Positions 49,707 to 62,300 of a stretch of 64,000 nt of DNA are shown piece by piece (the first letter of the stretch is position 1; each line of letters opens with the position of its first letter). Source of the stretch: Catajapyx aquilonaris (Eukaryota); the NCBI GenBank assembly GCA_000934665.2, contig KZ538470.1:1-64000 (forward strand), in the 5' to 3' direction. The position numbers and the translations under genes were made by a program. The notes beneath the pieces are model-generated. The model saw only the letters and a program-made list of their open reading frames with translations. It was not told the origin of the DNA and did not search any database.

Positions 49707-50919
49707 AAAGGATCATTACTGTGATGAGACTCGGCCCCCTTTTCCAGAGATGGAGACACGTGATGCGGTGTGCCCCGTTTGATCAATTCTGTTACGCCGA
49801 AGCCGACATATATACTTAGGCGAGGAAAGGTTCTCCGTCTAACAAAAGACGTTTCGTGCACAAGCGGCATTAAAGCGACATATATCCATCCCCAGCCCCA
49901 ATCACCCGGCGGCACATGTATGATTTCAGAAATTACCGGCGTTCCTACAAAAAGCCAGGGTAATTAAGCCAGTGGAAATGGGACTCTTTAATTACCTTCC
50001 TTACTTCGTCAACTAGAGACGGTGCAAATTATCCCGGAAGCGTATCATTACCGCGGTTGCCACCGATAGTATCGGAGTACAAAGGCGGCCCCAAGCCCCG
50101 ACCTCAATGCCAACAATAGGGTCGAAAACACGGCGCAGTACGTTTATCATGCTAGTAAATGAAATCTATCTAACCGTTACGGTATATTTTAACCGGTTTA
50201 ACTATTGGAATTCAGCAGCGTAAATAAAAGGCGCCAGTCGTGCATGCGTCACACTCCCAAGTGTGTGTGGCCATGGCAGGGAAAAGAGGGAAGGAAGGCA
50301 TGGACGTGAGTGATGTAATGCTTTCGACTTATGGGCACAAAAATAACGAGGTGCAATACATGACGATATCACTATTTTCAGGCAAACAAAAATTATAGCA
50401 TTGAAACAGTGGTATGCCTCAGTGATGGCAGAGTAAAACAGATCAAATTAGGCCAGGAGGAAGGAGGGGAAGGCCAGTGGCACGCAATGTAATTCCGTTG
50501 TTGACAGTCATCGTTGCCCATTGTGTCATCACTTCTGTTCTCTAACCGCATGAACAAGCCATGCGGAAGTAAACAGCCATGTACCGGAATGCAACGCTAC
50601 CATTCAAGTTCGCCGCCTTAATGGCGGAGTCTTTTTCTCCAAATTTTTCTCCCATTTCAAAGTAAGGAGGGAAACTGCTTTTTCCCTAAGCACCTTCCTA
50701 GACGCCATAGGCACGTGCTCTTCAAATATGACGGAGCAAGGACCCTCCAGACCGCAAGAAATGAGGCAAAAGGAGTAGAAAATCATGCTCGGCCATAAGG
50801 ACACATGTAATTCTTTGCTAGCTTCACTCTGCTGTCGTCTGGTGCTCCGTCTTCACTTCAGTCCGCCAGACCCGCAACGAGAAGCTGGGATAAACTGCAA
50901 TAGGTTACCTTGTGTCCAA

Positions 50920-51050
<131 letters not shown>

Positions 51051-51787
51051 GCTATGTATGCCAGTATACGTTATTTAGGCCGACAAAGCAGTTTTGCAAG
51101 AAACTAATTTAGTTTTTGCGCAAAAGACTCGCTGAAGACTCGAGAAATATCGCAATTCCTCTATAGTGATGTAGATGTCAATTCACTCTGCCGGTATGGA
51201 ACCGAGCAGCCGCAAGCCTACCCCAGAGCCTCCCACATACTCTGCACATATGCACCAAATCAATATCAATTTCCAACCATCCCTCCCCATCAGCGGAAAA
51301 TAGGCCACATGTTGGAAACCACTGCCAGTGCGCCAATCAGGATTCACATCCAAATCGATACCCGAATTTGGGACCATTTTTAAAAATCTTTACGAATGTT
51401 GTGAACAAGTAGGAACTGAAGCTCTGCAGCATATGTAGTACTGATAGTCAACTGCACTCTAGTACCCACGAATAGTTCTGATGTCCTCCACCCACGGCCC
51501 TGCACCTAAATCAGGATCGAGTCTAATGAGGCGCATGTCCCAACATTTCGTCTGGTACGGTGCACACCGACAAAGTTGCACGCTCGGTTATCTGATGACA
51601 AGAAACTTTCAAACCCGTTCAAACGTGCCCCGATACACTACTCAATTTATTTTCCAGGCCAAGATTTCCCACTTACCAGCCTGTAGGTGGTAACGTGAAA
51701 ACCGTGATGCGATTGGTGAGGAAATCCAGGCTGTTAGTCGAATCCCAAATGTGATCTCACGGGCAGAGTAGAGAGAGAGAGAGGGAG

Positions 51788-51816
51788 GAAGAAGAAGAAG
51801 AAGAAGAAGAAGAAGA
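51788..51816. repeat. (GAA)n microsatellite
   Basis: Trinucleotide run preceded by a short GA run. Confidence 0.95.
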
Positions 51817-52268
51817 GACGAGATCTCCAGATTCCATCGCCATTTCTACTTCCCCAGTTCTCGATCTGAGCTTGCTTTGAAACGAGAGAATAATGCCGCT
51901 GGCACCCCTGCTCGCAATAATAGTAATATTGAGGAACGTAGGGAGGCAGGGAATGGAGGGTGAGCTGCACTCCAGCCCTTCCGCATGAGCCGCAACTCCC
52001 CTCATGTGGTTTCAGTTTCGGATCCAAATGAAACTTCTCACCTTGTCAATCCCTGCAGCTCTACGAATACGCCAAAATGCAGCCTGGAATCCTAAAACGC
52101 TGCATGGGGTATGATTATCAGGAAACCCGAATAGCTTCCTCTGCAATATTGCTGAAATCGTCTGATGTAAGGCCTACTCAGTGCAATAATGAATAAACAT
52201 ATCCGTTCATGCTGGACCCTAAGTTGAATCTTTTACTCCCATTTACATTAAAGTATCATGGGTTTATA

Positions 52269-52557
52269 ATTTGTACCCCGTGCTAGGGCCATGGGCCCTC
52301 TTAGGGGGGTGGAATACCACCATTTTTTCTATCTGGAACTCTTGCTTCCGTTTTTACTTCTCGTATATGGGGATGGGATAGGGACGGAAGGAAGCGGCTG
52401 TGGCCTATAATTACGGATACGACCCAGGAATATTCCTGGTGAGACCATGGGAAACCACAGAAAACCACGGTCAGGATCGGCGCCCACCGGGATTCGAACC
52501 CAGGACCTCCCGATTAGCAGTCGGATACCATATCCCCTCCGCTACCACTGCTTCAGT
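52269..52557 (-). mobile_element. tRNA-derived SINE (family C)
   Basis: Perfect 16-bp target duplication GTATCATGGGTTTATA (52253-52268 and 52558-52573). Minus-strand B box GGTTCGAATCCC, core GTGGTTTTCTGTGGTTTCCC...AGGCCACAGCCGCTTCCTTCC, and a 3' stem-loop. Confidence 0.92.
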
Positions 52558-53971
52558 GTATCATGGGTTTATATTTAGTTTAAAGGACAAATAAATCTAA
52601 CCTGCAAGCTCGCGTTATGGCACACAGGATTGCATCAGGAATTTAAAGGGAGTAAACCGGAATTTAATAAACAAAATGATTGAATAAAAATTTAAGACTA
52701 TCCAATTCCTATTCGATTCAATGTAGGTACTGAACTTAGGTGTGGTTTCTGTCTCGCTCACTGGCAGTCAAGACCACTCTGCAACGCATATTTACTTGCA
52801 AGTAAGGCGTGTGCATACAGTATCTCCTGCGCATCCTGGCTGGAGTTTAAATCTTGACAAGTAAGCAGGATAGATTGCAGGCTCGTTAGCCCTGCTCGCA
52901 TGCGAGAATATTTCCATCCAAAGCCCCCCACACTTTGAAGGCCCTTCACATACAAGAGAAAAGGGATTTCCCCCTACTCTCCTCACATCCTCCTCCCACC
53001 TCCTCTCTCTTCATCCCAAAATCTGAGAGGGGAGTCCCTCCACCAAATTGCGGTAAACTAGCTTGGCAAACACATTTGGCAAGGGCCGACAGAGGAGGAG
53101 AGTGGGGTGCGGGGGGCAAAGGCTGGCTCCTTTGCCAGGCGCCGTAATCAAGTCCGCCGAATCCTTGCCAAAAGAATAGCAGTCGAGCGAAACAAAGTTG
53201 CACTTAATGGCGCACGCCTCGTACGCCCACTCTCTCCCAAAACAAAAAGGAAACAAAAGGTCGTAAACCCTGGCAGCGTGCTCAATGACGGAAAAGAGTC
53301 CAATCAAGGTGTCGGACCCAATGTCAAGGGCCCTTCATCCTGCCCGGATTATTCAAAGCTCGGAACACCTCATACGTTAACGGTCGGTGATTACCGGCTT
53401 GGAAACCTGCCATCTGGTGGACCGTGGGGGAAACAGGAAGTAGGACAGCGGTTTTGCAACCCTTTTTACTTCCAGCAGTGAGAAAATACCCCAGAAACAG
53501 TGCCAAAACAACCCATTTCTAGAAAAAAAAATGCAAGGTGGGCACAGTGGGCACACACCCCTTGATCCCTAACTTAAGATGAGACTGCAGTACGTTGGGA
53601 AGTATTTGAATACCTCACCAAGTTAGACGATGAGCACATCTCCATCGACACTGCCTACACTCTTCAGTGCACTATTCACAAATGAAATGGCCCGTTACGA
53701 TGCGTTACTGCTCCCACAGTGTCATCTATGCAAACCTAATCTGCCTCATTTCAAGCACAAACTCCCCAATTCCTTGCCACACAAGTACAGTAGCACTACT
53801 GTGGTACACTGTAAGCACAAAATGCGCTCCCCACCGGCTCATCAACCATGAAAACCATGCACAATCAGTCCCCAACTTAGTGGAGTTGTTATTGCTCCAC
53901 AACAAAGGTGTACTCTTGGATTCCCGCTCTCCGCATTCCCTCGAATTCCAGTTGATTCCTCTGCAAGTGTA

Positions 53972-54249
53972 CAGTGTTGGTCGCGTCATACTGCTAGCGA
54001 CATTTTCCACTGCGGCAGACGTGCAAATCGAAGTGATAGAGTGCGAGCCGTGCGAATCAGAAGAGGTAGGCCTCGGATGACGTCACCGGCTGGGGGGGGC
54101 AATGGAGAAAAATGCTTGCCCCCAGCCGGTGACGTCACCCAAGGCCTACCTCTTCTTACTCGCATGGCTCTCACTCTATCACTTCGATTTGCACGTGTGC
54201 CGCAGTGGAAATGTCGCTAGCAGTACGACGCGATTAATGTCCAACACTG
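53972..54249. mobile_element. Almost fully palindromic TA-flanked MITE
   Basis: TA|CAGTGTTGG...CCAACACTG|TA, with about 125-bp arms and only a short central spacer. Confidence 0.92.
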
Positions 54250-54426
54250 TACAAGTTCAGAAGTTATACGTCTGTCAGGCCAAGCCTACGCCGCATGCGC
54301 CCAATACGCTACGTGTGGCGGACGCAATCTCCTCCGACGCAAGAGGCCAGCAGAGCAATCCGAGATGCCACAATATCGTATCAGTGAGCATGACAGGAGT
54401 CTAATACCTTTACAGCAAGTTCCATA

Positions 54427-54677
54427 TGAAGACTTCGGGGGAAGAACGATCAAGGTCCACCTCATGTGAAACTGAGATATTTCAATTTCAAATTTCAAAG
54501 GCCCATAAGGTCCTATTGTAAATCCCGCTTTCTGGATCTTCCATAGTGGACTATGATCATTACTCGACAACCACGAGCAAACCATCATATTCTACACTAG
54601 TGAAACAATCTTCTGAGATATGTAACCTCATTTTTGACAAAAAGTTGACCTTCATCGTTCTTCCCCGGAGGCTTTCA
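54427..54677. mobile_element. TA-flanked mariner-like MITE
   Basis: TGAAGACTTCGGGGGAAGAACGATCAAGGTCCAC versus TGAAAGCCTCCGGGGAAGAACGATGAAGGTCAAC (reverse complement of the right end), with TA on both sides. Confidence 0.75.
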
Positions 54678-55352
54678 TATTGTTTTCCTAGTGCATTAGT
54701 TATATTCCTGTCCAAAAACTTTTATATGCTTTCCTTGTCACACAAGTAGCCGCCATCACTCCCAACCCCCACCTCCCTTGAAAAAAACTACTGCAGAATG
54801 TGCTAGCAGATAATTGAGTGATATCCTGCAAAGCTGTGCAGTGTTAGGCAAGCAAATTCATCCCGGATGATCGGGAGATATCGGGGACAAAGAGGGCTGG
54901 ACTCGGGCAGGCGGCACGTGAAATCCATTTCCCCAGCCTCCATCTACCAACCCCGCATCCCACTCCCCGTCACGTAAGTAGATATATATATACACACACC
55001 TTTTTTTTTGCTTCTTTTTCTTCTTCTTCTGCAAATGCCGTCAAAAGACTTTTAGTCATATTTCATCCACTTCCAGAACAGTTCTTGTCTCAAGCAGGAC
55101 TCTCTTCTTCTCGCAAAGTGTGTGATGCCAATGATTGATTCCGTTCGCGATTTTGCAAATAGAAAAGGTAAGAAAAAAATAGGGGCGGGAAATAAAGACT
55201 GCAAAGGACAGTCACGACGAATCGAATGTTAAGATTTTCGAGAAAGGCACGTCGCGTTTGGATCTCAAATCGCAAGTTACTGGGATGTTCACATGTAACA
55301 CATATGTTAATAGTACCATGGGGGGGATCTGCGGAATTGATGGTTTGACATG

Positions 55353-56578
55353 GAGCATTTCGTGGAACGGTCGTTTTCAAAACGGACAGACCCCGAAATG
55401 CTCTTTTTAAAAAGGTCAGAACACTTTCTGGACTCAACGAAATGTCAGGACGTGAATTTTGCGTCGTGATGCCTGGTTTAGAAAACGCCCAAGACATGTT
55501 GTGGCAGTTTCTTGTTTCCCACTATGCCATGTAGATGCTGGAAATAAATCACCTTATTGTTGCTTGGCAAATTGGTGAAAATTAAATTTAAAATTTATTT
55601 AAGCATGGTAAAGCATTTAATTTAAGTAAAATTACTTCAAGATTTAATGATCCTGTTTATTAACATTATTACTTGGACATCTTTTCCCAGATACTGTTAC
55701 ATCCGAATACTCGTATTTATTATCATTATTACTTGTGCGTCTTTTTTCAGGAACGGTTACCTTTAATGATTCGGCTATTTATTCTTACAGGCACTGTTAG
55801 AGTGGAACTAGGAATTACATTTCATATTACTTGAACGACAATTACATTATACTTATCGATGCAGTACCTTTTGCAAATGCAACTTACGAATCCCTGCTTA
55901 CTACTATATCTGAATTTAAATCTGAATCCAATCGAGTATGTCTGGCTCCTCTAGGAATGTTTCAGGAGTTGTAATAGGTTACGTTAATGTATCTGGGATC
56001 TACCAGTTGGCCAGCAAAGAAGGTATTTGAGAGAGGCTGTATGTTTGCAATGAGTTCACAACTGCTGTTTCAAATTTTAAAGATCTGAACCCAGACAGTT
56101 CCTTCCAGTTCTGTATCTCTTCGATCGGATTCAGCTTTAAGTGCAGGTCATCAGCAGGGATTCGTAAGTTGCAGTTGCAAAAGGTACTGTATTGACGAGA
56201 AAATAATGTCAATGTAGTTCAAGTAATACTAAATGTAATTCTAAGTGTCATTCTAACAGTGCCTGTAAGGACAAAATAATAGCCTAATAATATTGAAGGT
56301 AATAGTTCCTGGAAAACGATGTGACAGGATCATCAAATTTCATGAATTCAACCAATATATTTGCCACAACGATAAGGTGATTTATTTCCAGCGTCTATAC
56401 TTGCCGTAGTGGGAAACAAGAAACTGCCACAACATGTCTTGGGCGTTTTCTAAACCAGCCATCACGACACGTAATTCGCGTCCTGACATTTCGTTGAGTC
56501 CAGAAAGCGTTCTGGCCTTTTTAAAAAGAGCATTTCGGGGTCTGGCCGTTTTGAAAAGGACAATTCCGGGGAATGCTC
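55353..56578. mobile_element. 1.2-kb foldback DNA element with very long TIRs
   Basis: The arms (55353 to about 55945, and about 56120-56578) mirror each other. Termini are GAGCATT...AATGCTC, flanked by the direct repeat ATGGTTTGACATG (55340-55352 and 56579-56591). Confidence 0.92.
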
Positions 56579-56690
56579 ATGGTTTGACATGGATCATTCT
56601 GCAGTCTGGACGGTTTTTTCGCCCAATGGCCGTTTTCGGGGGTTGAGCCTAACAGTTGCACTTCTACAGCAATGCATCATAGGGGTTATA

Positions 56691-57113
56691 CGGGGAGTTT
56701 CTAAATTCACCCGACAAACTTGTAGGGGTAATAGAGGGGGACAAGACAAATATTTTTCACATATCATATCAGGGTTCATATAAACAACGGCGCAATTCGC
56801 AATAACCTGGCAACAACAGAGCCACCTAGCAACTAAAGCCCGCTTGCTAGGTAGCGCACGGATAGTAAACAACGGCTCTGGTGTGGCCAGGTTATTGCGA
56901 ATTGTGCCGTTGTTTACTATCCGCGCGCCACCTAGCAACTAAACGGTCAGCTCGCCTAGAGCCTCCCATCTGATGCGTCTGAGCGCACCCGTTCAGAATC
57001 TATTGACCCCCTCTAGATGGCATTTCTGGACATGGGTTCCTATGTGAAAAATATTTGTCTCGGTCCCCTCTATTACCCCTACAAGTTTGCCGGCTGAATT
57101 CAGAAACTCCCTG
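56691..57113. mobile_element. MITE of the same family as 34075-34602, with a partly deleted left arm
   Basis: Shares CAAACTTGTAGGG(G/T)TAATAGAGG, GCAATTCGC.ATAACCTGGCAACAACAGAG and CCCCCTCTAGATGGC with the 34075 copy. Termini are C(A/G)GGGAGTTTCT. Confidence 0.9.
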
Positions 57114-57135
57114 GCATAGTCTAAACTACTATTAA

Positions 57136-57414
57136 CCCTGGAACCGTGCCGTGCCTGAAAGTTACGTTAACAGTGGGGTCTTTTAGGGCCCCACGTCATA
57201 TTTTAATGTTTATTAATTTGTATATAATACTTTTCAATGTATTGACTATATGCAATCATTCTTTGAACAATGCCTAAAATGATCGCTAATTCAAAATAAA
57301 CATGCGCTTCCTGTTATATACTTTTTTTAATGGCAAACAGTTCATTGTAATTGTAATTTTACTGCATTTTAATTCCTCTGGGGTCCGAAAAGACCCCACG
57401 GCACGGTTCCAGGG
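57136..57414. mobile_element. piggyBac-like MITE
   Basis: TTAA|CCCTGGAACCGTGCCGTG ... CACGGCACGGTTCCAGGG|TTAA (perfect 18-bp TIR), with GGGGTC-N-G(A/G)CCCC subterminal palindromes. Confidence 0.93.
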
Positions 57415-58431
57415 TTAACTGCTGCTACATGTAAAGGCTTGTCCACCAACAAAACAGAAGGACTCGCAGAAGCAGGCTATTACAATACGTATATAGGTAG
57501 TCTATGTTTCCTGGTTTAAAAAGAGAGAGAGAAATAAAGTGAGACTAAAGGTAACCATCATTAATCCATCAGCTTCATGGGTTGTGGCTTGATGTTAGCG
57601 GTAAGTGAAGGCACTCAAGATGGGTAAAGCCAAATAAAATCTTAACGATAGTGTTGGGCTCCATACACGATGACAATTTCCCGATAATTGCTGGATCCAG
57701 AAAATCCCTTCGTATGCAGAAAACAAATCGATGATCAGACCACAACAGTGGACCCACGAAGTAGTGGTGGTGACATCGCCTACGACAGTTACTTATTAGG
57801 CTGACATTTTTTCCAATCCGCTCTATACAGTCAGTTATAGCGTATTATTTGATTAAGGGCCGGTTGCTCTAGCTCTATGTGGAGAATCTGATATTATCGC
57901 CTTGCAAAATCTCTACATGACGACAAAAAAGCATTGCGCCCGCGACTATTTTTAAGAAATCGGTAATTCAAAATTTGACGTATCTGGCCTGGGTCATGGA
58001 CATAGAGCGTGGAAGATCTTCCTGAATTAATTGAAAATTTATTTTCAAAGGTCGCAGGAGACAACCATTGCAAACTATATTGATGTTCCACTGCAATTTT
58101 TGTATTAACGGCATTATGATGCTCAATTTCGCCACTGAGCATTTGAATATATTCACGTCCGTTTCGGTTTATTTCGCGGACTCTGCTGCGTCAAGATGGT
58201 ATGTGCACACCCCGTACTAGCCCGGAAGGAGAATCGATGGCGCACATCCCTCTCTTGCAGCCAAGGCCACTGTGACTTACGAAATTACGCGACATTTCCT
58301 AATAATGGGTTTTCGAACGCGGAGTCAGGGTTGACTCGGAGACGGGGTTAACCCCCTGTTCGTACAGTACACATAATGGCACACTGCATTGCGGGGTCGA
58401 GTTGGATTTGGTGTCAACCCTGGTCTTGGTA

Positions 58432-58551
58432 CTATCAGTCCAACAAGAATTGTCGCAGCGGCAGCGCACGAACTACAATCTACGAGCACAGGTATACGAG
58501 AGACTGTAGTTCGTGCGCTGCCGCTTGCGACAATTCTTGTTGGACACCAGG
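58432..58551. mobile_element. Small palindromic TA-flanked MITE
   Basis: 44-bp arms GTCCAACAAGAATTGTCGCAGCGGCAGCGCACGAACTACA(A/G)TCT at 58438-58481 versus 58501-58545, with TA at 58430-58431 and 58552-58553. Confidence 0.8.
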
Positions 58552-59294
58552 TACCAGGGTTGACTCCTCCTGGGGTTGAGACCGTTCGAAAATGGCGGGC
58601 AGAATCGAACAGGAAAAAGTGTTTTGAAGGTTGGATGATCAGGTGTGACATACAATCTCGTAAAGACCCTGGGTCTGAAGGACAGGACGCCCTACCCAGG
58701 TGTACGATATCTTCCCAAGAAAAGGGAGGTACTGTACCGTACTGGGTCGCAATCGAATACATCTGTGCTTTTTTTCGTCATGTACACGGATCCGATTCGA
58801 CACTGGGTTCAACTCTGGCTCACTTTCGACCCGGGATTATACTCAATCCTGAAATTTGCGCAGTTATTATATGTGTATGGGCCTATGTGAGCTGAATCTG
58901 GTACATGCTGTATACGTAGGTGTTCCAGCGAAACTTTGTGGTTTTCGCCAACGCTACTTTCCTTCTCTGCTCTCATCCTGTTCCCATGCAACATGGCCAT
59001 ATTTGCCTCGGTTCCTTCAGTACACTGTAAACCGATCCAAATGAAAGTCGGAACATTGTAGACCACAAGACAGTTCCCACAAGCTTGCAAAAGCTACGCA
59101 TGTTAATTGTGTAATAAATGAAACCTAACCAAACTGAATGCTACTTATTCTTGGGGAGAAGGCGTTTTCACTGTTATAATGATGGGTATCGTCACAATTG
59201 GCTGGAATCGTCATTTACATGTGCATTTACAGATAATAAAGTTGCTTAAAATGCACCAAATTATTTACGTAGAAATTGTAATAATACCTTACCT

Positions 59295-59347
59295 TCCCTC
59301 CCTGCGTGAATGAGGCAGGGAGGTTAAATAAATGAAATGAAATGTAA
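59295..59347 (+). mobile_element. 53-bp extreme 3' end of a LINE/SINE
   Basis: 18-bp direct repeat TGTAATAATACCTTACCT (59277-59294 and 59348-59365) encloses a 9-bp stem-loop, AATAAA and a (TGAAA)n tail. Confidence 0.8.
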
Positions 59348-62300
59348 TGTAATAATACCTTACCTATTGGTGGCAAATGCATGTATGGCCATATTCTCAT
59401 GGTCAGATTGTCGCAGTGTGCCTTTCATGTAGTTAATCTCGGCTTGTTAAATTGAATAGCTTTCAATCACAGAGTGGTATGTGGCGCTGTAGCAATAACA
59501 TATTATGGTAGGATGGTTCATTTTAGAGACCAATACATTCCAAAAGTCGCAACAGGAAAATTAAACACTACAAACTAATTTCTTTAAAACGCACACAAAT
59601 ATTTCCTAACGCATTTTATCTCTGCCAAATACGCCACACCATAATACTCAGTGTTCAGTACTAAATAATTCTAACGTCAGTCGAATGAACGAGATAATCC
59701 ATTTCCACGAGAAAGTTTCAGTGAAAATTAATTCAAATCGAGTTAAACTAACTCCATTGTATTTAGGGTTGTTGTAATGTTCCGCAATGCTAGAGCTGAT
59801 GTACAGTGTAGTGTATATGGTCGTAATTACATAGTTATTGATCCGCAATACAGCAGTATATATTAAATGAAACAATAATGACAGTACTTGTCGAACCAGC
59901 TGATTGGATTTATTTGGGATCCGAACCCAAACTCAAATTTGGCAAACGCTTTCGATACGTTTAGTTTTGGTCAGGTCAACTCCGCATCAGTGAGAGTAGG
60001 ATCTATTTTTCGCTCGTGACTGTAATAAAGGGATAGCCCTTGGCCAATACAAATGGGTACACTTTAGTGTAACATAATATAATGTGCGGAACATTCCTCT
60101 CCACAGGATAGTTATGCACGGTAATCACTCTGGATGTCACAAACTGCCAGTCCCCACCCATTTTTCTGCCGCAGTGTGTTCAAAATCTGGCGCAAAAAAC
60201 CCCAACACGTCACTCATTAAATCTCAATTGCAGCCTTCAAGAAATCTAACTGAAAGTTATTTCCAGTATTACAAAATACAACTGAAGGCAAATCTTAATA
60301 GCTGCCATCCTCCACGGCCTTCTAGGGACAGTGAGTAGGACACACGCACATTTTTGGCAGGGTCAGTAGTATACGGATATGTCAAGATCTGTTGATTACT
60401 GATAACTCTCTTACCGGGGCGCCGCGCATGAACAACTATAAGGAAAATTACAATGGTTATCACAAATATAATTGCACCGAGATAACTACATTTATTGACC
60501 TGCCGAGAGAGGAAGCACGCGATATCAAGACCCGTGCAAACATCCCACTAATGCATGTCTGGTTTGGCAGATCCCAAGTGGAGGCGCTGGTGTGCCACTC
60601 ACTTCAAGGGCCCAAATAGCAGACGATGCTTCGTGGCCAACTTGGACCTCTCGCCCTGGGTTTATCTTCAATTTTGAGAAAAGTTGAATATGTCGAGCAT
60701 CGATATTTTTTGCCATACTTTTACATCTAAAATGGTAAATCTATCTCAGTGTCACTTGAAGAACCCGCCTAAGATATGGGTAATGGGTCACAAATGTGAC
60801 TATTTTGAATATGCTCTGAAAGATGCAGTAATCCGTAATGCCACATGAAAAAGTAGCTCGTATCCACATCAATGAAATGCACATTCTGCCACTTGCTTGT
60901 ACGTATAATGTGGCAGCCGTCAACCCAGAGCAGAGAGGCCATCGTCCGAAGTATTTCCGTCAATATGGAACTGATGTGACTTGAACACCTACGCTATATT
61001 TTGTACACACTTACACCAACTGACAGGATCTCTTAACAGGGCGCGGACCTTTCGGACCTTTTACTCAGTTACTGTACCACTTGAACAAGTGCATCACTTG
61101 TCCCGTGCCAACCCCAAAAAGTTTATAACCCAAAACCGGTCTGCACTTACGACCCCAAACTTACAAAAAGACCAGACTAAGAGGCATTTTCTGGGCAAAG
61201 GCAAGCGCTGTGCTTGTAATAGAGTTGCCAAGTCTGGCAAGCAACTCGTTGTGATTCATCGCACCGGTCGAGCTGAGCTGGACCCGCATAAATCACCTTC
61301 GCCAGGATTTTTCCCCCTCTCTTTTTTATACTAAATTACACTAAATTTCCAGGGCAGAAAGGCAGGATGGAGGGAAGAAGAGGAGGGGAGGCTCCATCCT
61401 TGCACCTCCTTCCCCCATCCCAGGATCCGATTTGCCGTCAGGTCTTCCCCAGACATCTAGCAGACGTGAGAGACATCCTAATCAGACGGGACCTTAGCCC
61501 CTTTCATACGCAGCAGGAGTACTAATCGCCTTTAACATGCTCATGTACACAAATATAACAAGGTGTGGTTGGGATGAACCGGGGAGCACAGGAGGCGACG
61601 AACTGTGGAAATGTGCCGGATGACTATTAAGAAAATCGACATTAACCAGAGGTCAACTCCACCCTGGATTCAACCCTGACCCGGGATTACTCAACTCTGC
61701 CATTTGAGCTATCATTACGTATATACTAGCCTTAATATAGTACCTAATGTCAGTCATGTCATGCAGCTATTTTTCGTAGAAATATCCACAGTATTGGTTC
61801 ACAGCATGTGTAAATATACATTCTTTTCGCGAGAATTACGTTGCACGTTCTGTACCTCGTTTCAGGCACGTCCGAACCGCCTCATTGCATGATCACTTCC
61901 TGCTCGATGCAAAACATTGTCAGTTGCTAGGAATTTGACCAGTCGGGTTTTTGCGCCACCCTTTTCCACTTACGCCTAGGTATTTTATTTCCAAGAAAAC
62001 TATTGACTTGAGAGGGGTATTGAATCTTTCACTATATCATGAGCCCATTTCCGATATTTCACATTTTTTACCAGGCTGAGAAGTAGGTCGCGTGGGTGTT
62101 TCCGACAATAGCATATTCGCATTTGCTAAAATCTTTGTGATAGAGCACCACGGCAAGAGTCTTCCTTTTTCGTTGAGAACCAACTACAATGACCAGCTTG
62201 GTGAACCAGAGTACCTGTACCATTATTGATGCCAGAATTAATATCGGCACAAGGATTATATTTTAAAGAGCTCAGAAATGTTAAAACACAGGCGTTCACA

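Noticed and set aside
55090..56646. Near-identical peptides MSWAFSKP... on opposite strands (55090-55497 and 56434-56646)
   Set aside because: They are a by-product of the foldback element's inverted arms, not a gene pair.
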